DNA of 64,000 nucleotides, taken from IMG/VR virus record IMGVR_UViG_3300034104_004892, positions 407 through 64,406 of that record. The stretch is one strand, 5' to 3'. Of the stretch, positions 10,029 through 19,840 are shown in pieces (position 1 is the first letter of the stretch; the number at the start of each line of letters is the position of its first letter). Below the pieces are notes generated by a model, which saw only the letters and a list, made by a program, of their open reading frames with translations, had not been told where the DNA came from and made no database searches. The position numbers and the translations under genes were made by a program. This DNA comes from a virus (Duplodnaviria; Caudoviricetes).

Positions 10029-10901
10029 TTATTTTGGAACTGCGCCTTTTGCTGCTCCAGCGCCCTTTCCAGCACCACCTAAATACCCACCGAGAGCAGC
10101 GCCTCCAATCTGGGCGGCTGCTCCAATGTAAGCAGATTTCATTGCGTTTTTTTGATCAGCAGCATGTTGAGCGCCTTGGAACATGGCCTGCTGATAGTTT
10201 TGCCAGTCTTTCTTGTATTGTTCCGCCGCATTGTTTGCAGAGGCCATCATTTGATTGATCCAATCGGACGTGCCTTGCGCGGCGCCTTCGGTGCGCCCCA
10301 TGAGCGAATCTCGAAAGCCAGCGCGTTGCTGCATGCCCGATGCGGCAGCCTGTTGTTCGGCGCCAAGAATAGAACCAGTGTCCAGCCCGACATTGACCTG
10401 CGGGTTAGCCGCGAGCAATTGAGCGGCCGCTTGTTGGTTTGCGCGTTTCATCGCCATGCCTTCGATCGTGGATTGATCAAACAAGGCAGAGCGACCAATG
10501 GTTGAATCTTGCAGTCCGGATCCAAGATACTGAGCAATTCCTTTTGTTCTGGCCCACTCCTCCATCTGTTTTTGCCACCCACTGCCATTCAAGTCTTCGG
10601 CAATTTGCTCAGGAAGAATTTGCCGCAATTTAGCAAGCTGAGGGTTGTTTTGCTCCTCGAGTTTGCGCGTTTGAAAATCATTGATAGCCGCAATTTGAGC
10701 GGCTTTTGTGTTCATGCCGCTTTGCCCCCAAATGTCGGGAGACCAACTCTCCAGCGGCATTTGAGCGGCATACCCTAGCAGGCGCTGTTGTTGCTCCAAT
10801 TGCTGCCGCCCAAGTTCGGACTGCATCTTGAGCTGCGCCACCGACAACTGAGGGTCGGGACGACTAATAAAAGCTGATGGATCAACAGTTGATGCGCCCA
10901 T
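10029..10901 (-). CDS. DNA ejection/pilot-like protein (290 aa)
   Basis: Gln/Ala-rich helices and a C-terminal Gly/Ala hydrophobic segment (IGAAAQIGGAALGGYLGG). Confidence 0.75.
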   Translation of the reverse strand: MGASTVDPSAFISRPDPQLSVAQLKMQSELGRQQLEQQQRLLGYAAQMPLESWSPDIWGQSGMNTKAAQIAAINDFQTRKLEEQNNPQLAKLRQILPEQIAEDLNGSGWQKQMEEWARTKGIAQYLGSGLQDSTIGRSALFDQSTIEGMAMKRANQQAAAQLLAANPQVNVGLDTGSILGAEQQAAASGMQQRAGFRDSLMGRTEGAAQGTSDWINQMMASANNAAEQYKKDWQNYQQAMFQGAQHAADQKNAMKSAYIGAAAQIGGAALGGYLGGAGKGAGAAKGAVPK

Positions 10902-10902
10902 A

Positions 10903-11292
10903 TTAAGTTTTCGGCCAGTAAAGCTCTCGGTTGAGGCGGATTAAATTTAGCTTCTCCATGACCTCGTCGGTAAATTTGCCTTTGCCGTTGTCGTTGCTCG
11001 AAGGGACTGCAAGGTATCCGGGCGTCCCGGCAAGTTGAGTATGCGCACGCCAGTCCAGCATCACTCGCATGACGTCCCGGGGCGTCGTGTGCTCCGGATG
11101 GAAGCATGGATACACAGTCGGCACAAAAACGTGATCGCTGTATCCAAACAGCTTCTCGCCCTTGTAGTGAGCAAATACATTGATGGATGGATGCTCGATA
11201 ATAGTGTGGTCAAAAGTATCGGCAAAACGCTGTAGAGCTTCAAACTCTTCAGTGCCGTTATAGACTCGCTTGTAGGTGATCGATTGGCTCAT
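10903..11292 (-). CDS. Hypothetical 129-aa protein, possibly GNAT-like assembly factor
   Basis: Start MSQSITYKRV at 11292 (the track's 11910 start overlaps other genes); position between nozzle and ejection genes as for T7 gp13/P22 gp14. Confidence 0.55.
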   Translation of the reverse strand: MSQSITYKRVYNGTEEFEALQRFADTFDHTIIEHPSINVFAHYKGEKLFGYSDHVFVPTVYPCFHPEHTTPRDVMRVMLDWRAHTQLAGTPGYLAVPSSNDNGKGKFTDEVMEKLNLIRLNRELYWPKT

Positions 11293-11299
11293 TTGACGC

Positions 11300-11542
11300 T
11301 TAGAATAGTGTAACAGCCACCGAATCGTCAATTTTCGACTCAACCTTTGCGGCCTCGACCGCAATAATTTCAAGCCGGGTGTTCGAGTTGCCGCAAACAA
11401 CGCATGGCAGGCAAAGTCCGGTAGTGCGATTGTCGATTGGGATCGACGAGTACAGCGGGATGACGCCATCGTTTCCGTACGGGGAGACGAAAAGGTTTGG
11501 AAACTCCAAAACTGGCTCGGATGCTGTTTTGATGGAAGGCAT
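11300..11542 (-). CDS. Small Cys-containing protein (CLPCVVC)
   Basis: 80-aa ORF filling the gap after the nozzle gene. Confidence 0.65.
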   Translation of the reverse strand: MPSIKTASEPVLEFPNLFVSPYGNDGVIPLYSSIPIDNRTTGLCLPCVVCGNSNTRLEIIAVEAAKVESKIDDSVAVTLF

Positions 11543-11545
11543 ACC

Positions 11546-13690
11546 TTATGAGCTTGGGCCGCACGGGTTTGCGGATCTGTATTGAATAGCGGCAATACGG
11601 GCTTCTTCTTGAGCTTTTTGAAGCGCCAAATTGTCGGCTTCCGCTTGCGAAACGTAAGAGGTGGCGCTTGCCGTTGCCGTCGCCACGGCCGTCGGTTGCC
11701 CAAAACATGGCGATACGGCTTGGCTTGCCGTCTGAGTCGATTGCCAGACGGAAATCTCATTGCTTGGCTGCTCGATGCCCGCCGGGGGCAAATCGACCAA
11801 AATGCTCGCCCCGTCTTCTCCCAGAACGCAATATTGCGTTTCTGAAACAGTGACTCTCCCGGTCGATCTGTCTTGAAACGGCGTTTGGAACATTCGGACT
11901 GCTTCGACACCTAAACTGCCACACCACTCGATAAGAAGGCTAAACGCTTTGTCGATGTTGAGCAGAAAATCTGATTCGCAGCTTTTTTCTGCTGAATTTG
12001 GCTGAACAGCTTCTGTAATGAGACGTCGATATTGAGTCTGAATTATCCCAAGCGCCTTGATCTCATCATCAGAGTACGATGTGTCGTATTGGTACGGCTC
12101 TGTTGCCGCCAAAACGCGAGTGTTGAGAATGGGTTGATAGGTGCCCTTGGATCCTCGATACGATACCTTCATATCGACTGTTCCGGAAATTTGATTGCAA
12201 TCGACCTCAGCCCAATTCAATTGCTTGAGATCCATGCCATCGCCAAGCAATCCAGTTTCAGCTTGGCAATAAATGCGGTTTACGAATTCAGATGTTGATC
12301 CATCTTCTTTGATGGACAAGTAAGTGTCGTATCGCTGCGGGACAAATGCCTCCCAGATGTGGTTGTATGAGCCATCGTTCGTCTGCGCGTAATCAACTGA
12401 TGCGGCAAAAACTCGAGGCTGACCATTTACGACTCCAGACATCCATTCAATCGGCCTGATGCCAGTCCATACTCCGGCCCATGCAGGGCTTCGCGTCTGG
12501 TTCCATTCGGACGCCGCAGCGTAATCCAACACCATTGTGGCGCTATTTAAAGCCTCGTAATACGGAATGCTGCACAGTAAATAATTTTCAAACGAAATTG
12601 AGCAAATCCCTCCAATGCGAGACGACATCAGCCGCTTGGCTTTTGCCATTTCGACGTCCTTGTAAAGCACCTGTGACGATAAGTAGCTCGACGCTGCCAC
12701 GTCGGCGCTAACAAGGCCACCTTGTGAATACCACCACATCATTCCAGCTTGAAAACAAACAGATCTACCAGCAACGCATCCGATCGTCGGGTAAAGTACG
12801 TTTTGAAAGTTTGCGGTCGTTGCCCAAGCCGCTCTATCTAAGACTCCGCTGGCTAATGAGTAAGTTGCACGATCTGTAAAACAGTAAAGCCTACTGTCAT
12901 TGTTTTGGCCGACGTAGTCCTGCATGCAGGTTATCGGTCTAGGGAGACTGAAGTCTCCCCTGCCTGCTCCGGTAGTGCGTTCTTTCCATCCGAGAGGATC
13001 ACCAATATCGGACGCCGAAATGACGTTTCCATTTGCTACCCAAAGCCGATTCCCAGAATAAGCCATCCAATACCCGATCGGCATGTCTGTTGCTTGATAG
13101 CCTGTTTTGTCAGAACCATCCCAATAGCAAGGCTGATTGATTCCATCCTGCATCACAATCATCCGATAACTCGGAGTGATGGTTGTTCCCGTAGTCGTTG
13201 AAGTTTGCGCAGACCTTGTTGCTGTTGTGAAATTTACCATTTCAACGGTTGGATCCAGCTTTATTCCGACGAGCAAATAGTCGTTCCAATCTCGAGGTTG
13301 AGTTAATGGAAATGGAGAATAGTAAACCTTGCCGTTCACCGCAAAAACAAGGTACGACAACTCGAACTGCTCAGACTGATCCCCATCTACTGTATAGATC
13401 GTAGCTTTTTGCGTAATCCGAACTCCGGCTGCATTTTTCTCTGTTCCTGCGGCTGCATACTGCTTGTTCGCGTTAAACAAAATTGCGCCTTGGAAATTTC
13501 CAGCAGGCAAACTCAGCCGCATCGCAAAACCGGGGCGGGTCTGTGCAACTCCACCGCGCACGGTAATATTTTGAGCCCATTTAATTTGATCCTCTGGAAG
13601 CGTCCACGGATTTCGGATGCTGTTTACGCCATGCATCCATCCCGCAGACACTTTCTGGCTCATGCCAGAACTGATGTTCGGGCTTTTCAT
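11546..13690 (-). CDS. Tail nozzle / tail tubular protein B-like (P22 gp10/T7 gp12-like), 714 aa
   Basis: N-terminal GWMHGVN..QNITVRGG..TRPGF; propeller-like motifs (MAYSGNRLWVA..ISASDIGDP; WAGVWTGIRP); follows the adaptor gene. Confidence 0.75.
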   Translation of the reverse strand: MKSPNISSGMSQKVSAGWMHGVNSIRNPWTLPEDQIKWAQNITVRGGVAQTRPGFAMRLSLPAGNFQGAILFNANKQYAAAGTEKNAAGVRITQKATIYTVDGDQSEQFELSYLVFAVNGKVYYSPFPLTQPRDWNDYLLVGIKLDPTVEMVNFTTATRSAQTSTTTGTTITPSYRMIVMQDGINQPCYWDGSDKTGYQATDMPIGYWMAYSGNRLWVANGNVISASDIGDPLGWKERTTGAGRGDFSLPRPITCMQDYVGQNNDSRLYCFTDRATYSLASGVLDRAAWATTANFQNVLYPTIGCVAGRSVCFQAGMMWWYSQGGLVSADVAASSYLSSQVLYKDVEMAKAKRLMSSRIGGICSISFENYLLCSIPYYEALNSATMVLDYAAASEWNQTRSPAWAGVWTGIRPIEWMSGVVNGQPRVFAASVDYAQTNDGSYNHIWEAFVPQRYDTYLSIKEDGSTSEFVNRIYCQAETGLLGDGMDLKQLNWAEVDCNQISGTVDMKVSYRGSKGTYQPILNTRVLAATEPYQYDTSYSDDEIKALGIIQTQYRRLITEAVQPNSAEKSCESDFLLNIDKAFSLLIEWCGSLGVEAVRMFQTPFQDRSTGRVTVSETQYCVLGEDGASILVDLPPAGIEQPSNEISVWQSTQTASQAVSPCFGQPTAVATATASATSYVSQAEADNLALQKAQEEARIAAIQYRSANPCGPSS

Positions 13691-16600
13691 TAGAACATCA
13701 CCGGGTCAGTCCCGTCACCAAATGTTATGTTGTTGATCTGCGGCGGCTGCATTGCATGCCCGTCCATAGAATCGTTTTCGTTTTTGAGGTAAGTAACAGC
13801 AACCTGCCAATACTTTTGCGCCTGTTCCATGAAGTCTTTGTCCTCGAGATCGATTGCGTGAACTGCCGCGAGGATTGCTCTCGGAGACTCAAGCGGAATG
13901 TAGTCGTACTCGCTTGTAAAATTCGGGCTAGAAACTCGATACAATACCCTTGCCCATGCGCAAGGTTTGCCAAGTCGTATCCTGCGGTACTTTGGATTCG
14001 TCTCGCTTGGGTGGTACTGCCCGATTAGCGCCATATCGTTTGATCGGCCGTAGTCAAACGCATAAAGCGAAACATACCCGATTGTTTCCGGCTTTTCGAC
14101 GTGCGCAATTGATTTAACTAGTGTTGGCGGCCTAACCAAGTCGCAGAAAAAATAACTCTCAACAGTATTCCCTGTAGTGCCGAGTACAATCAGTCCATAA
14201 GGATCTGCGTTGATGGCATCGTCTTTAGTTTCGTAAAGCTCGAAACTGTTGACTTTAGTTTTTCTTACAAAATATGAAGCAGGATTGATCAGACTTGATT
14301 GCGCCAATGGGTATGGCAGCGAGTCGCCCGGAGACGGCCTGACAGAAATTTCATCTCCGGTTTCAAATACGCAATTTTGAGACTCAAATTCCGTTTGCGC
14401 TGCCGCAATAAAATCTCGAGACATCTCCATAGACACGTTCCCGTGTCCTAGTGATGTAATTTGAAGCACTGCGTTAGATGTGTACGTTCCGTACGCAGTC
14501 ATCATCGGGATTGCCCCCTGATACACCAAAATTTGATTTGGGGACGGAATGCTTGCCACAATAAATGAAGTGTTCCATTGAAGCGGGAGGCACCCTGAAA
14601 ATGTTACAGTTGTTCCAACGCTAACACTGTGGTCTGCACTAAACGTCAGCAACGCTCCTCCACCCGATAGACTCATTCCAACAATTGAGCCAATTTGAGA
14701 AACCGACATGTTCGGCCCATCCACAATTAACGAGTAGTCGGCAGTGGATACAAGTGGATCGGGAAGAACTTCATCAAGTGACGAAAAGCGAATCCTCATT
14801 CCAGAGGCCAAATACTGGCCCGTGTTTGGCCTGAACCAGTTGTTGTAAACAATTCCTACAGCCCTGCATCCAATTGCGTAGTAAGACTGACCAACTCCAA
14901 GTTGAGTCGGAATAATCTGAATTGTTCTTGCGTAATCCTTGTAAATTTTTGCGCTGCCACTGTTTATTTTTGTGATGTAATAGTTTGTGACATCGTCAGT
15001 AGCAGGTTCGGTAATCGGAAGCTGATAATCAGACTGCAATCGCACCCACGCAGTTGACCCTGTAAATGTGCCTCCAAAATTTCCGTTCCAAAGGCCAGTA
15101 AATCCAATTGAAAATGACCGGGACAACACAAGAAACAGGTTTCCCGATCCAGTTGAAGTCAGATTGATATCTGAAAAATCTGTGCCTTTTAGCGTAAATC
15201 CGCTTCCTGAGCTTGGATTCTCTGCGCGATACGTCTGACCCTGCACCAACGGCGAAGGCAAAACTCCGGTTGATGTAAATGATACAAAAACTCCAGTAGA
15301 TGGCGTCACTGTTGCAGTCGGAGTAAAGGTGTATCCGGTTCCTTCGGTGACAACATTCACGTTTGTGACAACGCCTGTGTAAGAAAACTCAATGACGGCT
15401 GCATTTAATCCGCTCGGAAGCGTTCCTCCGGCCGGGTCGATGAACGTAATTGCTGGCGCACTATACCCGCGCCCAAAATTCGTCATGGTGACCGCCACAA
15501 TTGTTCCGTTGGACACAACAACATTTGCCGACGCTCCTGTTCCAGTTCCGCCTGCGGAATCCGATATTGCGCACAATAAATTTGCAGGATACCCGGCGCC
15601 GCCTTTTATAACCGTGATGGAGCCTATTCCGTAGCGGTCGATAACAGCGGTTGCTGTGGCGCCGCTGCCGCCCCCGCTTGAAATGTTGATAGCAGGGGCT
15701 GTCGTGTATCCCTTTCCGGAAGATGCAACTTTGTAGCCAGTAATAAACGACGTTGTTATTGTCGAAGACGCTGTTGCTTGAATTGGAATCGAAGATTGAA
15801 GCTGAATTGCTGGAGACGGGCCTCCTGTAGTGACCGAAAATGAAGCAATGGATATCCCTGCCGGGGCGTAAACAATGATTGTGTCGTTTGCTGTTCCAGA
15901 TACTGCCGCTGTGTACCCGTTCGCAGTGATGAGCCCAGCAACTCCAGAAGCAACGGCCGTTACAGACGGAGATGCTCCGTTTGTAAAAGTGCCGCTTAGA
16001 ATGTTTGTAATGGTAGCGCCAGTTGACGTCCTTACCGAAATAGCGGTGATTGTTGCAGACCCGGCTCCAGCAGCAATCACTTGAAGCTGCGCATTCAACT
16101 GATTTGGAGCAGTGATTGAAACTCGCGGCGGATACAAGTAACCAGTCCCGGTTTGCGTAATAGAAACGCCATTTACAGCGCCGCTAATTGAATTGACGCT
16201 TATGGATGCTGTTGCCCCGGATCCATATGGAAGCAAGGCAACTCCACTAACCACTCCGGTAGTCGTAATTGGCGGGAAAACAGGCGATAAAATAATCCCG
16301 GCTAAAGTGAGAACCCCGGCCGTTACGGTAACGACGGTGCTTGTTACGGACGGGCTTGACGTCGCAAAATACGTCGTGCTTCCGTTGGTTGTCATCACAA
16401 GCGAATTGCAAAACACATTGAATGTTGGCTTGATCAACACAAGCGAGCCAACAGCGACCGCCGAAAATTGAGTTGCTACCGTATTCGCGTTAATTTTGGC
16501 AGCAATACTTGTCGCGAGCGCCGCCGGGGTAGAATCTCCGGCAACTAAAACGTAAGGGCTCGCAAATAACTCAATTGGCGATGATACGGCTCCGCTGTTT

Positions 16601-19455
16601 GCCCCCGAATTTGCAACTGTCGTGTACGTCAGTGAGCTAATGTTGGAGCCAACATTCCCAACCGACGTAATGTTTAAAGACAGACATGGCGTCGCATAAA
16701 CAGTAGTTCCAGAACTTGTTGCATGGAACCTCGAGTTTGAAGTGTTTGCATTGATCGCGTTTGCAATTGCCGTTGTTGCTCCGGCAGCGGTGGTGATCCC
16801 GGTAAGTGAGGATGCAAGAAGTTCAGTTCCAATTGTCGCTCCAGAAGAGAATACTTTGATCGAAGAAATTGAAACAGTCCCAGTGACTCCAGAAATTTGA
16901 ATTGGATTTGGATTCAATAAAACCCCAACAATCGAAGGAGCGGAATACCCAGATCCAGAACGCACAATCTGATATTGGCTGAATTTTGCGAATGTGTACG
17001 TTCCGTAACCCGTCATCGCGCCAAGTGCGGCCGAAGAGACTGTGATTTGCGTCGGGCTTACAACCGAAAGGACGAAGAAAGTGGTGTTCCATCCGGCTGG
17101 AGTGAATCCAGAAAGCGTGATCGAATCTCCAGAATTCAATCCGTGCGCACTCGAGAATGTTAACGTGCCAGTGCCGCCAGATACAGTTCCGGAGGTAATG
17201 GTATTGCCTGCTGCCGGATTGCTGACGGAAGGGGTCGTTATGTACCCCATCGCCCCGGATCCTCCGACAATTGTGTCGGAAAAAACAAGCTGTTGCCCAA
17301 CCACGAGATTTTGGCCAAGTGTAAGCGAATTGTATGTCCCCTTTGGAATTCCTCTGCCGATTGTCACGCTTGCATTTGGCACAAAACCGCCGCTTGCAAG
17401 TCCTCCAGAAAAAACAACTGTTGGCGGGTTGCTTGCATCGTAGCCTTGTCCTCCATCGGCTACAGTTAGGCTCGAGACATAACCTAAATTTGTTCCGGGA
17501 TCAGTCGCGATTGTGGCGTTAATTGTGGCAGGAACAATATAACTTCCATTTTGAAGCAGCACGGTAGGCGTGCCGACGTATTTGTATCCTCCAACATCGC
17601 TGATTGTGCATGTTGCCGACGAGTATCCACCTCCTGTCGCCACAATAGACATTGTGGTAATTGGCCCGGTAACTTGCGGAATGACTACGGCGCCAGTTCC
17701 AGATGCCGACGGTAAATTCAATCCGGATACCGAAATATTGTTTCGCGTTCCGGACGACGCGGTTGCCGGAAGCAGTCGCGCAATGGAATTTTGCCCGGTT
17801 CCAGTTGTGGTAAGCGAAATTGGGTTAAGCCCGGCAATTGCATCGGAGTACGTCTCGTGAAGCATCACCGCTACAGGCGTTTCATCTAGCACCGAAACGT
17901 AATAATTCTGACCTGCAATAAGCGGTTGAGGAAGTGTTCCGCCATTCGTTGATGCTGTAACCGTATCGCCTGTGGCGTACCCCGGATCAGCGGAAAACAC
18001 TAACTTGGTTTGCGGTGAAAGTTCTTTTCGGATGAAAATATTTGTGCTCCCGTTTGTTCCGGTCAAAGTGATTTCATTGATGTCGCTTTGAGCGTCATTT
18101 AAAGTTTTGTAAACCTTTAGAGCAACATCGTTTACGCTTCCTGAGTCAACTTGCCTTACAAAATAAGCTACGTTTTCTTCTAACGGGTTCGGCAACAAGC
18201 CAGACTCTACTTTTTGCCAACGCAAATCAAACCCGGGCGCACTTGTTACAAAGGTCAAAGACACAATTGCGTTTGCTTCTGGCCCTATAAGATCGACTGC
18301 ATTGTCGAAGCTGGAATAAGAGCTGGAAGTTGCACTGAAGCCGCTTACCTCAGTGTTATTATTTACTGACCCAAACAGGTTGATTTTGATCTCACTTGGC
18401 CCCCACCCCGGGTAAACCTCCAATGGATAACCGAGTAAATTCACGGATGAAGAGCCATCCTCAAAATTTGCAACAATTGATTCAAGAAGAGACCCCTCGT
18501 CTCCGACCGCATAAATCAACATCGTGATGATGTTTGAGCCATCCCGGCGAGCAAACGTGACTTGATTTGCTACAGCAATTTCAATTGGCGGAATTCCTCC
18601 GGGCAAACTCACCGCTGTGACCATGTTTATCGGACGTTTGTCAGTGAGCGTAATCGTTATACTGTCAAGGATGCTTTGCATCCGAATCGGATTAGTTGCT
18701 GTCTTGGCATCAATCTCAGTATTGTAAAGCCTTATTGTGGTGGAGCTTAAAACATTATCTACAATTGCTCCGATGTAATATTTTTGCTTGTCCGTTAACC
18801 CAGATGGAATTGTTCCAATGTGGGTTAAAACAGCTTGAACGCCGGAGATAAACTGATGCGCCTCGTTGTTTACGGTAAAAAAGTCAACAAACGGAAACGT
18901 CGTCGTGCTGCGCGTTACGATTGTAACGCCGTCTGGCGCGATTGTGCCGTATGGAAAATCGGATTGCGCGTGAATCGGAACTAGAATCCCGTCCAACCCA
19001 ATGCCTTCTTTTGTTTGAGATCGGAGTTCTCGGTTTGTGGAGTCGGTTCCAATCACCCGGATGATTTTTCCGGCATCAGCAGAATGTTCTGCGACCGCGA
19101 CAAGCTGCGACGGTTGCCGGATATCCATTTGCGTCGCCACCATGCCTCTGTCATCCCAAGCCCAGTGAACGGGATTATACATCCCGCCTTTATTGATGTG
19201 GTATTGAAAGAGGCGCCCGCGAAAATAAGTCGGAGACCCATCTACGTTGACTCCAAGCGGCACCTCGACGCCCCTCGGGAGCGTCAAGGTCATACCGTCC
19301 CATCCGGTGCAGATATCCGCTTCGGCGTTGATGTGGAAGTAGTGTCCGGACTGCATCAAGACCTGAACGGCCTGAGTCAGTTTACGAAACCCCTTGGCGC
19401 GGTCTGTCGTGCCAAGTATGTCCAACACCTCGTCGAAGATCTGCGATACAAACAT
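13690..19455 (-). CDS. Head-tail adaptor-like protein with a very large beta-domain insertion (1921 aa)
   Basis: Helical N-terminus (MFVSQIFDEVLDILG) and C-terminus (YRRIRL..YIPLES..AQKYWQVAVTYL) resemble a podovirus adaptor; ~1500 aa of repeated LPxPL..Y and GxGYxxxP modules lie between. Confidence 0.7.
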   Translation of the reverse strand: MFVSQIFDEVLDILGTTDRAKGFRKLTQAVQVLMQSGHYFHINAEADICTGWDGMTLTLPRGVEVPLGVNVDGSPTYFRGRLFQYHINKGGMYNPVHWAWDDRGMVATQMDIRQPSQLVAVAEHSADAGKIIRVIGTDSTNRELRSQTKEGIGLDGILVPIHAQSDFPYGTIAPDGVTIVTRSTTTFPFVDFFTVNNEAHQFISGVQAVLTHIGTIPSGLTDKQKYYIGAIVDNVLSSTTIRLYNTEIDAKTATNPIRMQSILDSITITLTDKRPINMVTAVSLPGGIPPIEIAVANQVTFARRDGSNIITMLIYAVGDEGSLLESIVANFEDGSSSVNLLGYPLEVYPGWGPSEIKINLFGSVNNNTEVSGFSATSSSYSSFDNAVDLIGPEANAIVSLTFVTSAPGFDLRWQKVESGLLPNPLEENVAYFVRQVDSGSVNDVALKVYKTLNDAQSDINEITLTGTNGSTNIFIRKELSPQTKLVFSADPGYATGDTVTASTNGGTLPQPLIAGQNYYVSVLDETPVAVMLHETYSDAIAGLNPISLTTTGTGQNSIARLLPATASSGTRNNISVSGLNLPSASGTGAVVIPQVTGPITTMSIVATGGGYSSATCTISDVGGYKYVGTPTVLLQNGSYIVPATINATIATDPGTNLGYVSSLTVADGGQGYDASNPPTVVFSGGLASGGFVPNASVTIGRGIPKGTYNSLTLGQNLVVGQQLVFSDTIVGGSGAMGYITTPSVSNPAAGNTITSGTVSGGTGTLTFSSAHGLNSGDSITLSGFTPAGWNTTFFVLSVVSPTQITVSSAALGAMTGYGTYTFAKFSQYQIVRSGSGYSAPSIVGVLLNPNPIQISGVTGTVSISSIKVFSSGATIGTELLASSLTGITTAAGATTAIANAINANTSNSRFHATSSGTTVYATPCLSLNITSVGNVGSNISSLTYTTVANSGANSGAVSSPIELFASPYVLVAGDSTPAALATSIAAKINANTVATQFSAVAVGSLVLIKPTFNVFCNSLVMTTNGSTTYFATSSPSVTSTVVTVTAGVLTLAGIILSPVFPPITTTGVVSGVALLPYGSGATASISVNSISGAVNGVSITQTGTGYLYPPRVSITAPNQLNAQLQVIAAGAGSATITAISVRTSTGATITNILSGTFTNGASPSVTAVASGVAGLITANGYTAAVSGTANDTIIVYAPAGISIASFSVTTGGPSPAIQLQSSIPIQATASSTITTSFITGYKVASSGKGYTTAPAINISSGGGSGATATAVIDRYGIGSITVIKGGAGYPANLLCAISDSAGGTGTGASANVVVSNGTIVAVTMTNFGRGYSAPAITFIDPAGGTLPSGLNAAVIEFSYTGVVTNVNVVTEGTGYTFTPTATVTPSTGVFVSFTSTGVLPSPLVQGQTYRAENPSSGSGFTLKGTDFSDINLTSTGSGNLFLVLSRSFSIGFTGLWNGNFGGTFTGSTAWVRLQSDYQLPITEPATDDVTNYYITKINSGSAKIYKDYARTIQIIPTQLGVGQSYYAIGCRAVGIVYNNWFRPNTGQYLASGMRIRFSSLDEVLPDPLVSTADYSLIVDGPNMSVSQIGSIVGMSLSGGGALLTFSADHSVSVGTTVTFSGCLPLQWNTSFIVASIPSPNQILVYQGAIPMMTAYGTYTSNAVLQITSLGHGNVSMEMSRDFIAAAQTEFESQNCVFETGDEISVRPSPGDSLPYPLAQSSLINPASYFVRKTKVNSFELYETKDDAINADPYGLIVLGTTGNTVESYFFCDLVRPPTLVKSIAHVEKPETIGYVSLYAFDYGRSNDMALIGQYHPSETNPKYRRIRLGKPCAWARVLYRVSSPNFTSEYDYIPLESPRAILAAVHAIDLEDKDFMEQAQKYWQVAVTYLKNENDSMDGHAMQPPQINNITFGDGTDPVMF

Positions 19456-19456
19456 A

Positions 19457-19828
19457 TCACCGAGTTTTGGCGTTTCCTTCAGCCATTAACGAGCGTAAAA
19501 ACTCTTCATCTTCCGGGGAAGCGCCTTCCATCTCGTCATCTTCCATTTCCATTTCCTCGCCGGGCATCATTGGAGGCTCTCCGGGGCCAGCTCCAGCGGC
19601 TTGAGCGTTAATTCCCTTTGATAGCTCGTCGAGGCTGCTGGCAAGTTCCATCACAACTTGATGCAGTTGATCGAAAGCGGATTTTGGAATGCTCATCATA
19701 ACTTCCCCGCCGTCTCCCGGGGGCATCCCGCCCGGGCCTCCGGGGGGCATTCCCGGGGGCATTCCGGGAGGCATGTCAGTTGGCATATCAGGAGGCATTG
19801 GAGGCATTGGAGGCATTGGAGGAGGCAT
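19457..19828 (-). CDS. Pro/Met-rich, acidic-tailed protein
   Basis: 123-aa ORF with (PPM)n repeats and an EEMEMEDDE tail. Confidence 0.7.
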   Translation of the reverse strand: MPPPMPPMPPMPPDMPTDMPPGMPPGMPPGGPGGMPPGDGGEVMMSIPKSAFDQLHQVVMELASSLDELSKGINAQAAGAGPGEPPMMPGEEMEMEDDEMEGASPEDEEFLRSLMAEGNAKTR

Positions 19829-19840
19829 ATTGTGTTTGGT

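Noticed and set aside
10903-11910. ORF-track long starts (also 32593, 38171, 51625, 52052, 53313, 24849, 24164)
   Set aside because: The extensions overlap upstream genes in another frame; internal ATGs next to the upstream stops fit better
19730-19828. GGAGGCATT tandem repeats as a DNA element
   Set aside because: Explained by the (PPM)n coding repeat
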